Assembly: GCA_964601175.1 (NCBI GenBank)
Contig: CAZRMJ010000003.1
Span: 27-64,026 of the forward strand
Origin: Candidatus Woesearchaeota archaeon
GTDB taxonomy: Archaea; Nanobdellota; Nanobdellia; Pacearchaeales; GW2011-AR1
Direction: 5' to 3'
Length of the DNA stretch: 64,000 nt
The position numbers and the translations under genes were made by a program. Positions within the stretch are counted from its first letter, which is position 1; each line of letters begins with the position of its first letter. The notes under the pieces are model-generated. The model worked only from the letters and a program-made list of their open reading frames with translations. It was not told the origin of the DNA and did not search any database. Below, piece by piece: positions 27,983-35,773 of the stretch.

Positions 27983-29010
27983 AAAAACTGATACTTTTAT
28001 TGATTATTTTTAATTTATTTTTTGTTAGTGGTCTGAATGAAACTCCACATACCCCAGAGATAATTACAATTACGGATCAGGCCATAATTCCAGTTAGTTT
28101 CTTCAACAATGGAGATCAAGGCATCTATACAGCATCTTTTGAAAAAGAAAGTTCAATAGTTAGATTAGAATCTTCTACTACAGTAATTAACCATAAAGAT
28201 TTTGGATATTTTAAACTAATAATAGGAGAAAATAATCCAGAAAAAGGAATCTATTTCAATAACCTCTTAATTTATAATAAAGGGATTTTAGTTCAAAAAA
28301 TACCCATAGTGATAGGAATAGAATCAAAAAGACAAGAATATGACTCAATAATAGAATTTGATCAGTCATCTGATGTTTCTATTAATTCGTCAAATAATGA
28401 ACTTACAATATCTCCTAAAATCACTGTATACAAATTAGATTATAATTATGCAAATTCTAATGATGTTTCATTTAAGTTTTTTGTTTATGATCTTTCAGGA
28501 AATTTAATTTATTCTTCAGAAAGACCTTTATCAGTCTCCAGACAGAGCTCATTTGAAGAGTTTGCTAATCTAGGCACAATATATCCCTCAGAAGTAATTT
28601 TATATGCTGAATGTTCGAGCAATCTAGCTGGTGCGGAAAAACCTTCTTTAGGAATAGACCTATATCAAATAAGCCTTCCAAATGATCTACTATTAAGTCC
28701 TCCTCTTGAAGAAAAAGATTACTCTTTTGAAATTTATATAGGCATTTTCTTTATTCTTTTATGTTCAATAATTCTGATTAGTTATTTATGGTATAACAAA
28801 TATGTAGAACAAGCAAGAGATTGGAGATCAAAAGTTAATGAAATAAAAAACTTTAATTTTAACGATTCTGCTAAAGCGTTACGCAAATTAAAGAATCAAA
28901 GATCAATTTTAGATAGGGCTTATGCAAATCGTTATATCTCCAAGGGCTCATATGATTCTGCCATATCTGCGATTTCAAAGCTTGCCTCGAAATTAAAGAA
29001 ACGTTTATAA
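27979..29010 (+). CDS. Secreted Ig-like protein with TM anchor and helical cytoplasmic tail
   Basis: AAGGAG lies 8 nt upstream of the ATG and there is a 4-nt overlap with the previous gene. Signal peptide, beta-rich ectodomain, TM IYIGIFFILLCSIILISYLW and a basic helical tail. Confidence 0.65.
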   Translation: MKKLILLLIIFNLFFVSGLNETPHTPEIITITDQAIIPVSFFNNGDQGIYTASFEKESSIVRLESSTTVINHKDFGYFKLIIGENNPEKGIYFNNLLIYNKGILVQKIPIVIGIESKRQEYDSIIEFDQSSDVSINSSNNELTISPKITVYKLDYNYANSNDVSFKFFVYDLSGNLIYSSERPLSVSRQSSFEEFANLGTIYPSEVILYAECSSNLAGAEKPSLGIDLYQISLPNDLLLSPPLEEKDYSFEIYIGIFFILLCSIILISYLWYNKYVEQARDWRSKVNEIKNFNFNDSAKALRKLKNQRSILDRAYANRYISKGSYDSAISAISKLASKLKKRL

Positions 29011-29039
29011 ACAGATTTATCTTTTGATAGTAAAGAAAA

Positions 29040-29330
29040 ATGGTGATTCGGGAAAAATCTGTTCTCTCAGGAGCTATCAAGGATCTTGAGAATGAAATTA
29101 AATCTCTTGGTAAAGATAAAGCTTCAATAAGAAAATCTATAGATAAACTTTCATTAGGAATTTCTGAAAGTAGGAAAAAAGAACTTCTATTGCAAAAATC
29201 TCTTGCGACTATCCATGAGAAAGAAGCAAAATTAATTGAAAGAAAAAAATCTCTTGAAAGTAAATCTGACAAAGTAAGCGACAAACTAGGAAAGATGTCT
29301 AAGATAAGATCTGAAATGAAAGATATCTAG
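29040..29330 (+). CDS. Small coiled-coil protein (unknown)
   Basis: 96 aa, K/E/S-rich with a heptad-like pattern. Follows the island on the same strand. Confidence 0.45.
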   Translation: MVIREKSVLSGAIKDLENEIKSLGKDKASIRKSIDKLSLGISESRKKELLLQKSLATIHEKEAKLIERKKSLESKSDKVSDKLGKMSKIRSEMKDI

Positions 29331-29334
29331 TTTT

Positions 29335-29703
29335 ATGAGATTCCATCTTTTTCATAAGCGAAAGAAAATTTATATTGATTTAAAGAAAACCAATTTTATC
29401 TCCAAAGGCATTGGTTTGACTTTCAAAAGCAAGAATACTTCCAATTTACTTTTTGAATTTCCAAAAAAAGTTACGTGGCAAGGTAATCTAACCTCTATTT
29501 TTGTTTTTTTTCCATTTATTGCATTATGGCTCGATTCCAAAAATAAAGTGATACATAAAAAAATAATTAAGCCATTCAAGTTCTCTATTTCATTAAATAA
29601 ACCGTTTAATAAAATAGTCGAAATTCCAATAAATGTTCGCAATAAAAAAATAATCAAAAATTTTCTTACCGAGGGAGAATTTAAAAGATATTTCCCAAAT
29701 TAA
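29335..29703 (+). CDS. DUF192-like protein (tentative)
   Basis: KGIGLTFKS...LLFEFP...FPFIALWLDSKNKVI...IVEIP resembles the DUF192 (COG1430) pattern. Assigned by eye only. Confidence 0.45.
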   Translation: MRFHLFHKRKKIYIDLKKTNFISKGIGLTFKSKNTSNLLFEFPKKVTWQGNLTSIFVFFPFIALWLDSKNKVIHKKIIKPFKFSISLNKPFNKIVEIPINVRNKKIIKNFLTEGEFKRYFPN

Positions 29704-29771
29704 CCGAAAATATCGCTTTTTCCGTCGAAAGATTTATATATTACCGACGTGTAACTTGACTGGAGGTGTTC

Positions 29772-29897
29772 ATGGGAAAGATAATTGCAAAGAACGTCGT
29801 TAAGCGCCAGCATGGTTACTTATATTATGTTGATGCTCAAGGTAACGTTTGTGAGGCTAAAATGTCTCGCGGCGGGAGAAAGAAGAAGCGTAGATAA
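29772..29897 (+). CDS. 41-aa basic micro-protein (MGKIIAKNVVKRQHGYLYYVDAQGNVCEAKMSRGGRKKKRR)
   Basis: GGAGGTG lies 4 nt upstream of the ATG and TTTATATA is at 29733-29740. The ORF is a local G+C rise in an AT-rich spacer. T-rich tracts follow at about 29905-29935. Confidence 0.45.
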   Translation: MGKIIAKNVVKRQHGYLYYVDAQGNVCEAKMSRGGRKKKRR

Positions 29898-29997
29898 TTA
29901 GTTCTTCTTTTTTATTTTGTTTTTTTTATTTTGGATAGTTTTTTAATATCCTTTTTAGCATAATTATGTTTTTATATGCTTTTTTTATTAAGTTTTT

Positions 29998-30360
29998 ATG
30001 AGCGATAACTACCTTATTACTGAAACAGATAGACTCGCTGAGTTTTTGAAAGGAGTTGAGGGAGTGATTAGGAGTTATGAATCTAGATTAATGCCTCAAG
30101 TTCTTGCACATTTTAACGATTGGGCCTCGTCAAGCATCGATCCTTTACTCTCTTCAAGAGAAATTGCTAGATCTCCATCAACACATGCTAATTATACCTC
30201 TGAAAGAAGAGGATTTTTAATACATTTAGGAAATCTTATTGAAGATGGTAAAATTTTGCAAGATTTTTGGGATAAAGAAGTGCATGATAGAATAGAAAGA
30301 TACGTAGCTGAGACACGATGGGTCTGGAATGTTGAAACTGGATTTTACATTCCCAAGTAA
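29998..30360 (+). CDS. Hypothetical soluble protein
   Basis: 120-aa ORF with non-repetitive composition and no recognisable motif. Confidence 0.55.
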   Translation: MSDNYLITETDRLAEFLKGVEGVIRSYESRLMPQVLAHFNDWASSSIDPLLSSREIARSPSTHANYTSERRGFLIHLGNLIEDGKILQDFWDKEVHDRIERYVAETRWVWNVETGFYIPK

Positions 30361-30390
30361 TTATTTAAAGTTGATTTTTATGTTATTTTT

Positions 30391-31359
30391 ATGATAGTAG
30401 GAATAGAAACAACAGCCCACACATTTGGAGTAGGAGTTGTTAAATCTGGAAAGATACTTGCTAACATTAAAGATATGTATAAGCCTCTTGAAGGTGGAAT
30501 AATCCCCAACAAAAGTGCTGAGCATCACAAACTTGTTGCAAATCAAATATGGGAAGAAGCTTTGTCTAAAGCAGGATGTTCCAATTCAGATATAGAAGCG
30601 ATAGCAATTTCTAATTCTCCCGGGCTTGCTCCTTGTTTACACGCAGGAGTCAACTTTGCAAAGGAGAAAGCTAAATCCCTTAATGTACCACTTATTCCAG
30701 TCAATCATTGTATTGCACATCTCGAGATAGGTCAAAGCGTTGGTGCCTCTGACCCAGTATTGCTTTACGCATCTGGAGCAAATACTCAAGTCATTGCATA
30801 CTCATCAGGAAAATACAGAGTTTTTGGAGAAACTCTTGATTTAGGAGTTGGTAATTTTATAGATACATTTGGAAGGCACGTAGGAATTCCTTTTCCAGCA
30901 GGTCCTGTATTAGAAGGAAAAGCAAAAAATGGACATTACATTGAACTTCCATATTCAATAAAGGGAATGGATGTTTCATTCTCAGGTATGCAGACTAAAC
31001 TTAAACAACTTTATGATTCAGGGCATAAAATAGAAGATCTAGCATTTTCTATGCAAGAAACTGCATTTGCAATGTTAGTTGAAGCTGCTGAAAGAGCTCT
31101 AGCACATACAGGAAAAAACGAGCTTGTTTTAGGAGGAGGTGTTGCCTGTAATTCAAGACTTCAGGAAATGTGTAGGCTAATGTGTGAATCTAGAGGTGCT
31201 AAAGTTTTTTGTCCTGCCAAAGAATTTTTAGTAGATAATGGCGGAATGATTGCATATACTGGAGAAATATTGTTTAAAGCAGGAGTCTCTAAAAATCCTG
31301 AAGAAGTCATCGTAGATCCAAGAGAAAGAACGGATATGGTCAAAGTTACTTGGAAATAG
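30391..31359 (+). CDS. kae1: tRNA N6-adenosine threonylcarbamoyltransferase Kae1 (stand-alone, not fused to Bud32)
   Basis: MIVGIETTAHTFGVGVV, metal-binding VNHCIAHLEIG, GGGVACNSRLQEM, DNGGMIAYTG. 322 aa. Confidence 0.93.
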   Translation: MIVGIETTAHTFGVGVVKSGKILANIKDMYKPLEGGIIPNKSAEHHKLVANQIWEEALSKAGCSNSDIEAIAISNSPGLAPCLHAGVNFAKEKAKSLNVPLIPVNHCIAHLEIGQSVGASDPVLLYASGANTQVIAYSSGKYRVFGETLDLGVGNFIDTFGRHVGIPFPAGPVLEGKAKNGHYIELPYSIKGMDVSFSGMQTKLKQLYDSGHKIEDLAFSMQETAFAMLVEAAERALAHTGKNELVLGGGVACNSRLQEMCRLMCESRGAKVFCPAKEFLVDNGGMIAYTGEILFKAGVSKNPEEVIVDPRERTDMVKVTWK

Positions 31360-32278
31360 ATTCCTTTAGAATATCTTTTGCTTTTTTAGATTTTAAGAAA
31401 AAGTAACCTACAGTTACAAAAGTAATTACTGGAGATATCCATGCAGGAATATCATGTCCAAAACTATCCAAAACCATTATTATCCCTAAAAATAATATTG
31501 AATACATTGCCCCATTCTTTAGAAAGATATAATCTTTTATTTTATCAGTCCCTTTTATTGTTAAATGCCTTATTACTAATGCTCCTAAACCATTTCCCAA
31601 AATTATCAAGGGCACAGATAAAGTAAATGCAAAAGCTCCCAAAACAGAATCTATTGAAAATGTAGAATCTATTACTTCAAGATATAGTATTTTGCTCAAA
31701 TCTGAAAGGCCTTCTTTCTTTAAGTCTTTTTCATGTTGTTCAGCATTTGTTTTGAATCCATGCGTTATGAAAAAAGCCGTACTTCCAATTACTGCTCCAA
31801 ATGCCATCATAGTTTGTTTATGCAATGCAAGCCAAACTATTACTGCTAGAAATATTGAAACTACTGCAAAAAACCATATTCCAAACTTCTCTATTGTCCT
31901 TTCTCCATAAAATCCATAGCTTTTAGGTTCAAGGAACCACCAATGAAGAAATAAGAATATCAAATATGTTCCTCCACCTATCAACAATATTGGAGCAGAT
32001 GCTTCTATTGCGCCTAAGATACTTGGATCATTGGAAAAACTAGCCGCAAAAGCTCCTATTGCTCCTATCTTAGGATTTGAAGCCCAAACAATTGCCCAAG
32101 GTAAGAGTCCTCTTACAATAAATACTCCAACTAATAATCCCATTCCCAAGAACCATTTTCTATATCTTGGCCTCATTGTTTTTAGGACATCAGCATTAAT
32201 TATTGCATTATCTACGCTTGTAATAATCTCAAAAAGGGACAATCCTAAAACTGTAAGAATTATTGCCAAATAGTCCAT
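31346..32278 (-). CDS. Integral membrane protein, DUF475/TerC-related
   Basis: About 8 TM helices. The motif EIITSVDNAIINADVL and a second motif FSIDSVLGAF resemble DUF475 (SxDNA). 14-nt tail overlap with kae1. Confidence 0.7.
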   Translation of the reverse strand: MDYLAIILTVLGLSLFEIITSVDNAIINADVLKTMRPRYRKWFLGMGLLVGVFIVRGLLPWAIVWASNPKIGAIGAFAASFSNDPSILGAIEASAPILLIGGGTYLIFLFLHWWFLEPKSYGFYGERTIEKFGIWFFAVVSIFLAVIVWLALHKQTMMAFGAVIGSTAFFITHGFKTNAEQHEKDLKKEGLSDLSKILYLEVIDSTFSIDSVLGAFAFTLSVPLIILGNGLGALVIRHLTIKGTDKIKDYIFLKNGAMYSILFLGIIMVLDSFGHDIPAWISPVITFVTVGYFFLKSKKAKDILKESISK

Positions 32279-32282
32279 ATTA

Positions 32283-32663
32283 TTAATTTACTATCAAGTT
32301 TCCACGCATTCCGTTAGCCCTATGCTGTCCAACACTACAATAATATTCAAATGTGCCCGCTTTATCTGCTACAAATTCAACAGAGGTTGGCCCCTCAGTA
32401 TCTCTAACTTGACTTGTTGATGCACCAAATTCATCAACTTTCCAATCGTGGAAACCTCCAACACTCTTGAATTCTATTCTTACAGTATCTCCTTTATTAA
32501 CAACTATATCTGGATTATCAACCCCATCTAATGTAAACTTGAAGTTTTCTCCTGTTAAAGAGAATGTCTTCACAGTATTCACAGATTTATAGCTTAAAGA
32601 TGCATAAATAAGAAATAGACCTATAATTCCTAAGATTATTAGCCCTATATACAATTTCTTCAT
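32283..32663 (-). CDS. Membrane-anchored cupredoxin (plastocyanin/halocyanin-like blue copper protein)
   Basis: N-terminal anchor. Type-1 Cu ligands GGFHDW (His) and YYCSVGQHRANGM (Cys, His, Met). Confidence 0.8.
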   Translation of the reverse strand: MKKLYIGLIILGIIGLFLIYASLSYKSVNTVKTFSLTGENFKFTLDGVDNPDIVVNKGDTVRIEFKSVGGFHDWKVDEFGASTSQVRDTEGPTSVEFVADKAGTFEYYCSVGQHRANGMRGNLIVN

Positions 32664-32724
32664 AATAAGTTTGATTAATAATTGTTTATAAATTTGGTGA
32701 TTGTTAAAATATCAAATAGGTAAG

Positions 32725-32733
32725 ATTTAAAAA
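32725..32733 (+). promoter_or_regulatory. TATA-like box for tRNA-Asp
   Basis: ATTTAAAAA is centred about 28 nt upstream of tRNA position 1, the usual archaeal spacing. Confidence 0.4.
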
Positions 32734-32757
32734 CAAATTCTATTGTAATTGAATTAA

Positions 32758-32829
32758 GCTCGTCTAGTATATCGGTTAGTACATGGCCCTGTCGCGGCCA
32801 GGAGCCGGGTTCGATTCCCGGGACGGGCG
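32758..32829 (+). tRNA. tRNA-Asp (anticodon GUC)
   Basis: Hand-folded cloverleaf. Acceptor GCTCGTC/GACGGGC (one G-U), D-stem GTAT/GTAC, anticodon stem TGGCC/GGCCA with loop CTGTCGC, T-arm CCGGG-TTCGATT-CCCGG, discriminator G. No encoded CCA. Confidence 0.9.
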
Positions 32830-32864
32830 TAATACCATTTTGACGTAATCAGGGGTGTGTTTTC

Positions 32865-33194
32865 CTATCGTTCTATTGCTTTTTTAGTTAATTTCTCTAA
32901 GACTTTCTTTGTAACTTCAGTCTCTCTCAAATCTAATCTTGGATTTTTTTCTATGTGCTCAATATAAACACTGGCGTTTATTAGGAAATTTAGCAATCCT
33001 TCGTAATCAGACAAATGCCTTTTTGTTTCTTCTTTATTGTCTTGTAAAATGTTTATTATTTTGATGCTCGTAAGCTCTGGAAATCCATTCTCGTTTTGTC
33101 TAATTGAGATTAATCCCAGACTTAGTAATTTATCTATATGAGGTTTAAAATTTTTGCGAGTTATATTAAGCATTCTAAAAATTTCAATCATCAT
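32865..33194 (-). CDS. Small winged-helix-like DNA-binding protein (tentative)
   Basis: LNITRKNFKPHIDKLLSLGLISIRQNENGFPELT looks like an HTH plus wing. 109 aa. Confidence 0.5.
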   Translation of the reverse strand: MMIEIFRMLNITRKNFKPHIDKLLSLGLISIRQNENGFPELTSIKIINILQDNKEETKRHLSDYEGLLNFLINASVYIEHIEKNPRLDLRETEVTKKVLEKLTKKAIER

Positions 33195-33259
33195 ATAATT
33201 TTTTATAAGAATATCTATTTTGTAATTTCGATTTTTAGGAACCCGAAGTTTTTAAATCT

Positions 33260-33874
33260 TTACCGTTTTCTTTTTACAATCTTAAATATTATAAAAATAA
33301 GCAATAAGGCTCCCAAAATTATTGGCAATAAACTATAAGCTTCTGCTCTAATAAGAGAAATGATTACGATAATTAGGCACAACCATATTAAATTTCTTTT
33401 TTGAATTTTATTTAATTTAGGAATAGAGACTAATCCATAACATACAAACCATCCAAGAAGCAATCCGACTAAAGAATAAGTTACATTTTTGCTTATTACC
33501 CATGTAGTAAATGCAGAAATTAAGCTTAAAACTAAAACTATTGGAATTTTTGATTTATTTTCACTGTATAACTCAATTAAAGTATATATTATTATGCTGA
33601 AGCTTATCCCCCATAACAAGGAATAAATTAGATTGTTATTAATAAAAAAGGATATAATAAAAGAGAGAATAAGGGTAATAAACACATAGAGTAAAGATAT
33701 TTTCTTCATTTTAGTTAACTGAATGGCTGTGTAACTTATTACCATTCCAGCCCATAAACTAATAAATGCAAATCCAAAACTCTTTGTTAAAATAAAGGTC
33801 ATTATTGTAGCACACAACATGCTAATCAGAACTATGCTTCTCTCTTTACTCGTGATTTGTTGCTTTTTTTGCAT
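33260..33874 (-). CDS. Polytopic membrane protein (unknown)
   Basis: 204 aa with 6-7 hydrophobic helices. The start lies 1 nt after the stop of the upstream 70-aa ORF. Confidence 0.6.
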   Translation of the reverse strand: MQKKQQITSKERSIVLISMLCATIMTFILTKSFGFAFISLWAGMVISYTAIQLTKMKKISLLYVFITLILSFIISFFINNNLIYSLLWGISFSIIIYTLIELYSENKSKIPIVLVLSLISAFTTWVISKNVTYSLVGLLLGWFVCYGLVSIPKLNKIQKRNLIWLCLIIVIISLIRAEAYSLLPIILGALLLIFIIFKIVKRKR

Positions 33875-33875
33875 G

Positions 33876-34088
33876 TTAGAAACAGCTCATTATTGCTCCG
33901 CACCCTCCTCTAGAAGAATACTTATTTGAATCCCTATTTAAATAAAGACCAGCACTAATACCTATTATCCACTCGTAAAGATGATTCTCTTCTTTATACT
34001 TAAATTTGAAACATTCAAGGACATTGTTTACATCGTTAAATTCAGAACTAGTTTTTTCTAAATCCTTAAACCAACTTTTATATTCCAT
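33876..34088 (-). CDS. Small hypothetical protein
   Basis: 70-aa ORF abutting the next gene. No motif recognised. Confidence 0.4.
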   Translation of the reverse strand: MEYKSWFKDLEKTSSEFNDVNNVLECFKFKYKEENHLYEWIIGISAGLYLNRDSNKYSSRGGCGAIMSCF

Positions 34089-34168
34089 TTATTTAAGTAA
34101 TGTAGACTCTTTAAATAATCCCCTATTATTTTGTACTGTATTTTCTTTAATCTTATTAACTTAAAGGT

Positions 34169-34564
34169 TCACTTCACAAAAGTATTCTTAACTCTCTTTG
34201 ATACTAAGAAATACCATATCCATATTATGGCTGCAAAAAAGATAGATAAGAGGCTTTCATCTCCAGTCATAGTAAATATAAGAGTATTTGATGCAGCAAC
34301 AAACAAATAAGAAGTAATAAAGAAATTCTTTGCAGAAACTTTTTGTTTAAAAGCAAAAACTAAGGTAATGATGAATAAAGAAATCCCTATTAGATCTATT
34401 AAGGCTAACTTCCATGAAATTTCGCCTTCTAATCCCCAAGGATAATTTAAGAGGTCATAAACATAAGTAAATAAGTAATAGGACATATGGATAATTGGCA
34501 AAATCAACCATCCCTTGATTCCTTTTAATTTCGCATCATTAATTTGGCTTTTTTGTTTTTTCAT
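34169..34564 (-). CDS. Four-TM membrane protein, DUF2569-like (tentative)
   Basis: The N-terminal KLKGIKGWLILPII resembles the DUF2569 GIGGWLIL motif. 131 aa. Confidence 0.55.
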   Translation of the reverse strand: MKKQKSQINDAKLKGIKGWLILPIIHMSYYLFTYVYDLLNYPWGLEGEISWKLALIDLIGISLFIITLVFAFKQKVSAKNFFITSYLFVAASNTLIFTMTGDESLLSIFFAAIIWIWYFLVSKRVKNTFVK

Positions 34565-34578
34565 AATTCCGTTAAGTT

Positions 34579-35031
34579 TTATCTAAGAAGATTATCTAAA
34601 AGTTTACAATTTTCACAGCTTTTAACCAAACAACTAACCAATGAATAATCATTGGTTCCTAAAGCGCTATGATTCAATTGATATTCTTTTATACTTCTTG
34701 AAGCAACATTCCCGATATTTTCACTTACTGTAAATATTGGAGTTTCTGAAAGATGAACTCCTTCTTCATCAGAGTCATACATTTTACACTCCACGACTAC
34801 ATTTTTTGCTTCCATATCCCCATAATTAATAACCTTGCCGGGCATCAATAGCTCATTTGAGTCATATTTATTTTCTCCCCAATTATCAATTACTACCGTA
34901 ATTAATGCTTTTTCTTCAAATTGACCGTAATTTCTCTCAAAACTTTTATTAAAAGATAAAAACAATACTACAACTAAGATGGCAAGAGCAACAAAAAAAG
35001 CTATCTTATAAAATTTATCTTCTCTAGCCAT
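34579..35031 (-). CDS. Signal-anchored extracellular protein (unknown)
   Basis: TM IAFFVALAILVVVLFLSF followed by a Cys-containing domain. The ATG at 35031 lies ~25 nt downstream of a TTTATATA box, suggesting a leaderless transcript. The track ATG at 35046 is the alternative. Confidence 0.55.
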   Translation of the reverse strand: MAREDKFYKIAFFVALAILVVVLFLSFNKSFERNYGQFEEKALITVVIDNWGENKYDSNELLMPGKVINYGDMEAKNVVVECKMYDSDEEGVHLSETPIFTVSENIGNVASRSIKEYQLNHSALGTNDYSLVSCLVKSCENCKLLDNLLR

Positions 35032-35052
35032 AGTTAAGCAAAACATTTAATC

Positions 35053-35060
35053 TATATAAA
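35053..35060 (-). promoter_or_regulatory. Consensus archaeal TATA box (TTTATATA on the minus strand)
   Basis: The plus strand reads TATATAAA. The box centre is ~25 nt upstream of the ATG at 35031. Confidence 0.45.
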
Positions 35061-35093
35061 TTTAGTCAATTGTACATTTTTTAAGTTTTTATT

Positions 35094-35151
35094 AAAAAAA
35101 CTCAATCAAAAATGGACTATTTAGTTATTTGCCAAGTTTCGAAATAACTAA
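35094..35151 (-). terminator. Hairpin plus T-tract at the end of the giant-protein gene string
   Basis: A 10-bp stem TTAGTTATTT/AAATAACTAA (35121-35151) starts 5 nt after the stop of the 198-aa gene. The minus strand then has T5 and T7 runs (35094-35100). Confidence 0.45.
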
Positions 35152-35155
35152 ACAA

Positions 35156-35752
35156 TCACTTCAACCTAACTTTAGCCGAGCGAGAAGACATAACCTGATT
35201 CTTCATCATTTTTCTACATTTGAAGAACAATATTATTAGCAGTATAATTGCAGTAATAACTAAAGCTATTGCCATAAACGCAAGTAAATGTTTGCTAAAC
35301 GCGACAGACCATCTATCGTACAAAATTATTGTTTGACTTGTAGCCCCCAATAGTTCTTGAGTCTCAGAATCTGAAACTTCAATTTCCAAATTAATGGAGT
35401 TTCCTTTTATTGATTCTGGAATTTCCAATTTTGATATAGTTGATAAATAAGTGTCCAATGCTACAGTTTGAGATCTAACTTTTTGCTTTACATTATTCTC
35501 AACGAAATAATAACTGAGAGTAATATCTCTATCACCTACACTTGCCGGTTGGTATATTTTAATTTCTACTATTACCAAAGATCCTCTTGCAATTGGATAT
35601 GAAGGTTCAAGTTTTGCAGAAACTATTACTTGGTCATTGGAAACTAATCCAGAAATCTTACTTTTTATTCCGACAAAAATTAAAAATAATAAGATAATTA
35701 AAACTAGGATGATCTGAAATATTCTATAACTAGAATTACCTCTAATTTTCAT
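35156..35752 (-). CDS. Surface protein with N-terminal anchor, one Ig-like domain and a C-terminal TM
   Basis: The domain SLVIVEIKIYQPASVGDRDITLSYYF...TVALDTYLSTISKLEIPE...INLEIEV resembles the last domain of the giant and of the 338-aa protein. ATG at 35752, whereas the track start is TTG. Confidence 0.6.
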   Translation of the reverse strand: MKIRGNSSYRIFQIILVLIILLFLIFVGIKSKISGLVSNDQVIVSAKLEPSYPIARGSLVIVEIKIYQPASVGDRDITLSYYFVENNVKQKVRSQTVALDTYLSTISKLEIPESIKGNSINLEIEVSDSETQELLGATSQTIILYDRWSVAFSKHLLAFMAIALVITAIILLIILFFKCRKMMKNQVMSSRSAKVRLK

Positions 35753-35773
35753 CAATTAGTATAGTAAAGACAG

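Noticed and set aside
32830-35151. The block of five small minus-strand genes (wHTH plus membrane proteins) immediately downstream of tRNA-Asp as an integrated element.
   Set aside because: There is no integrase or recombinase. Scanning by eye found no direct repeat of the GC-rich tRNA 3' end, and there is no obvious compositional break.
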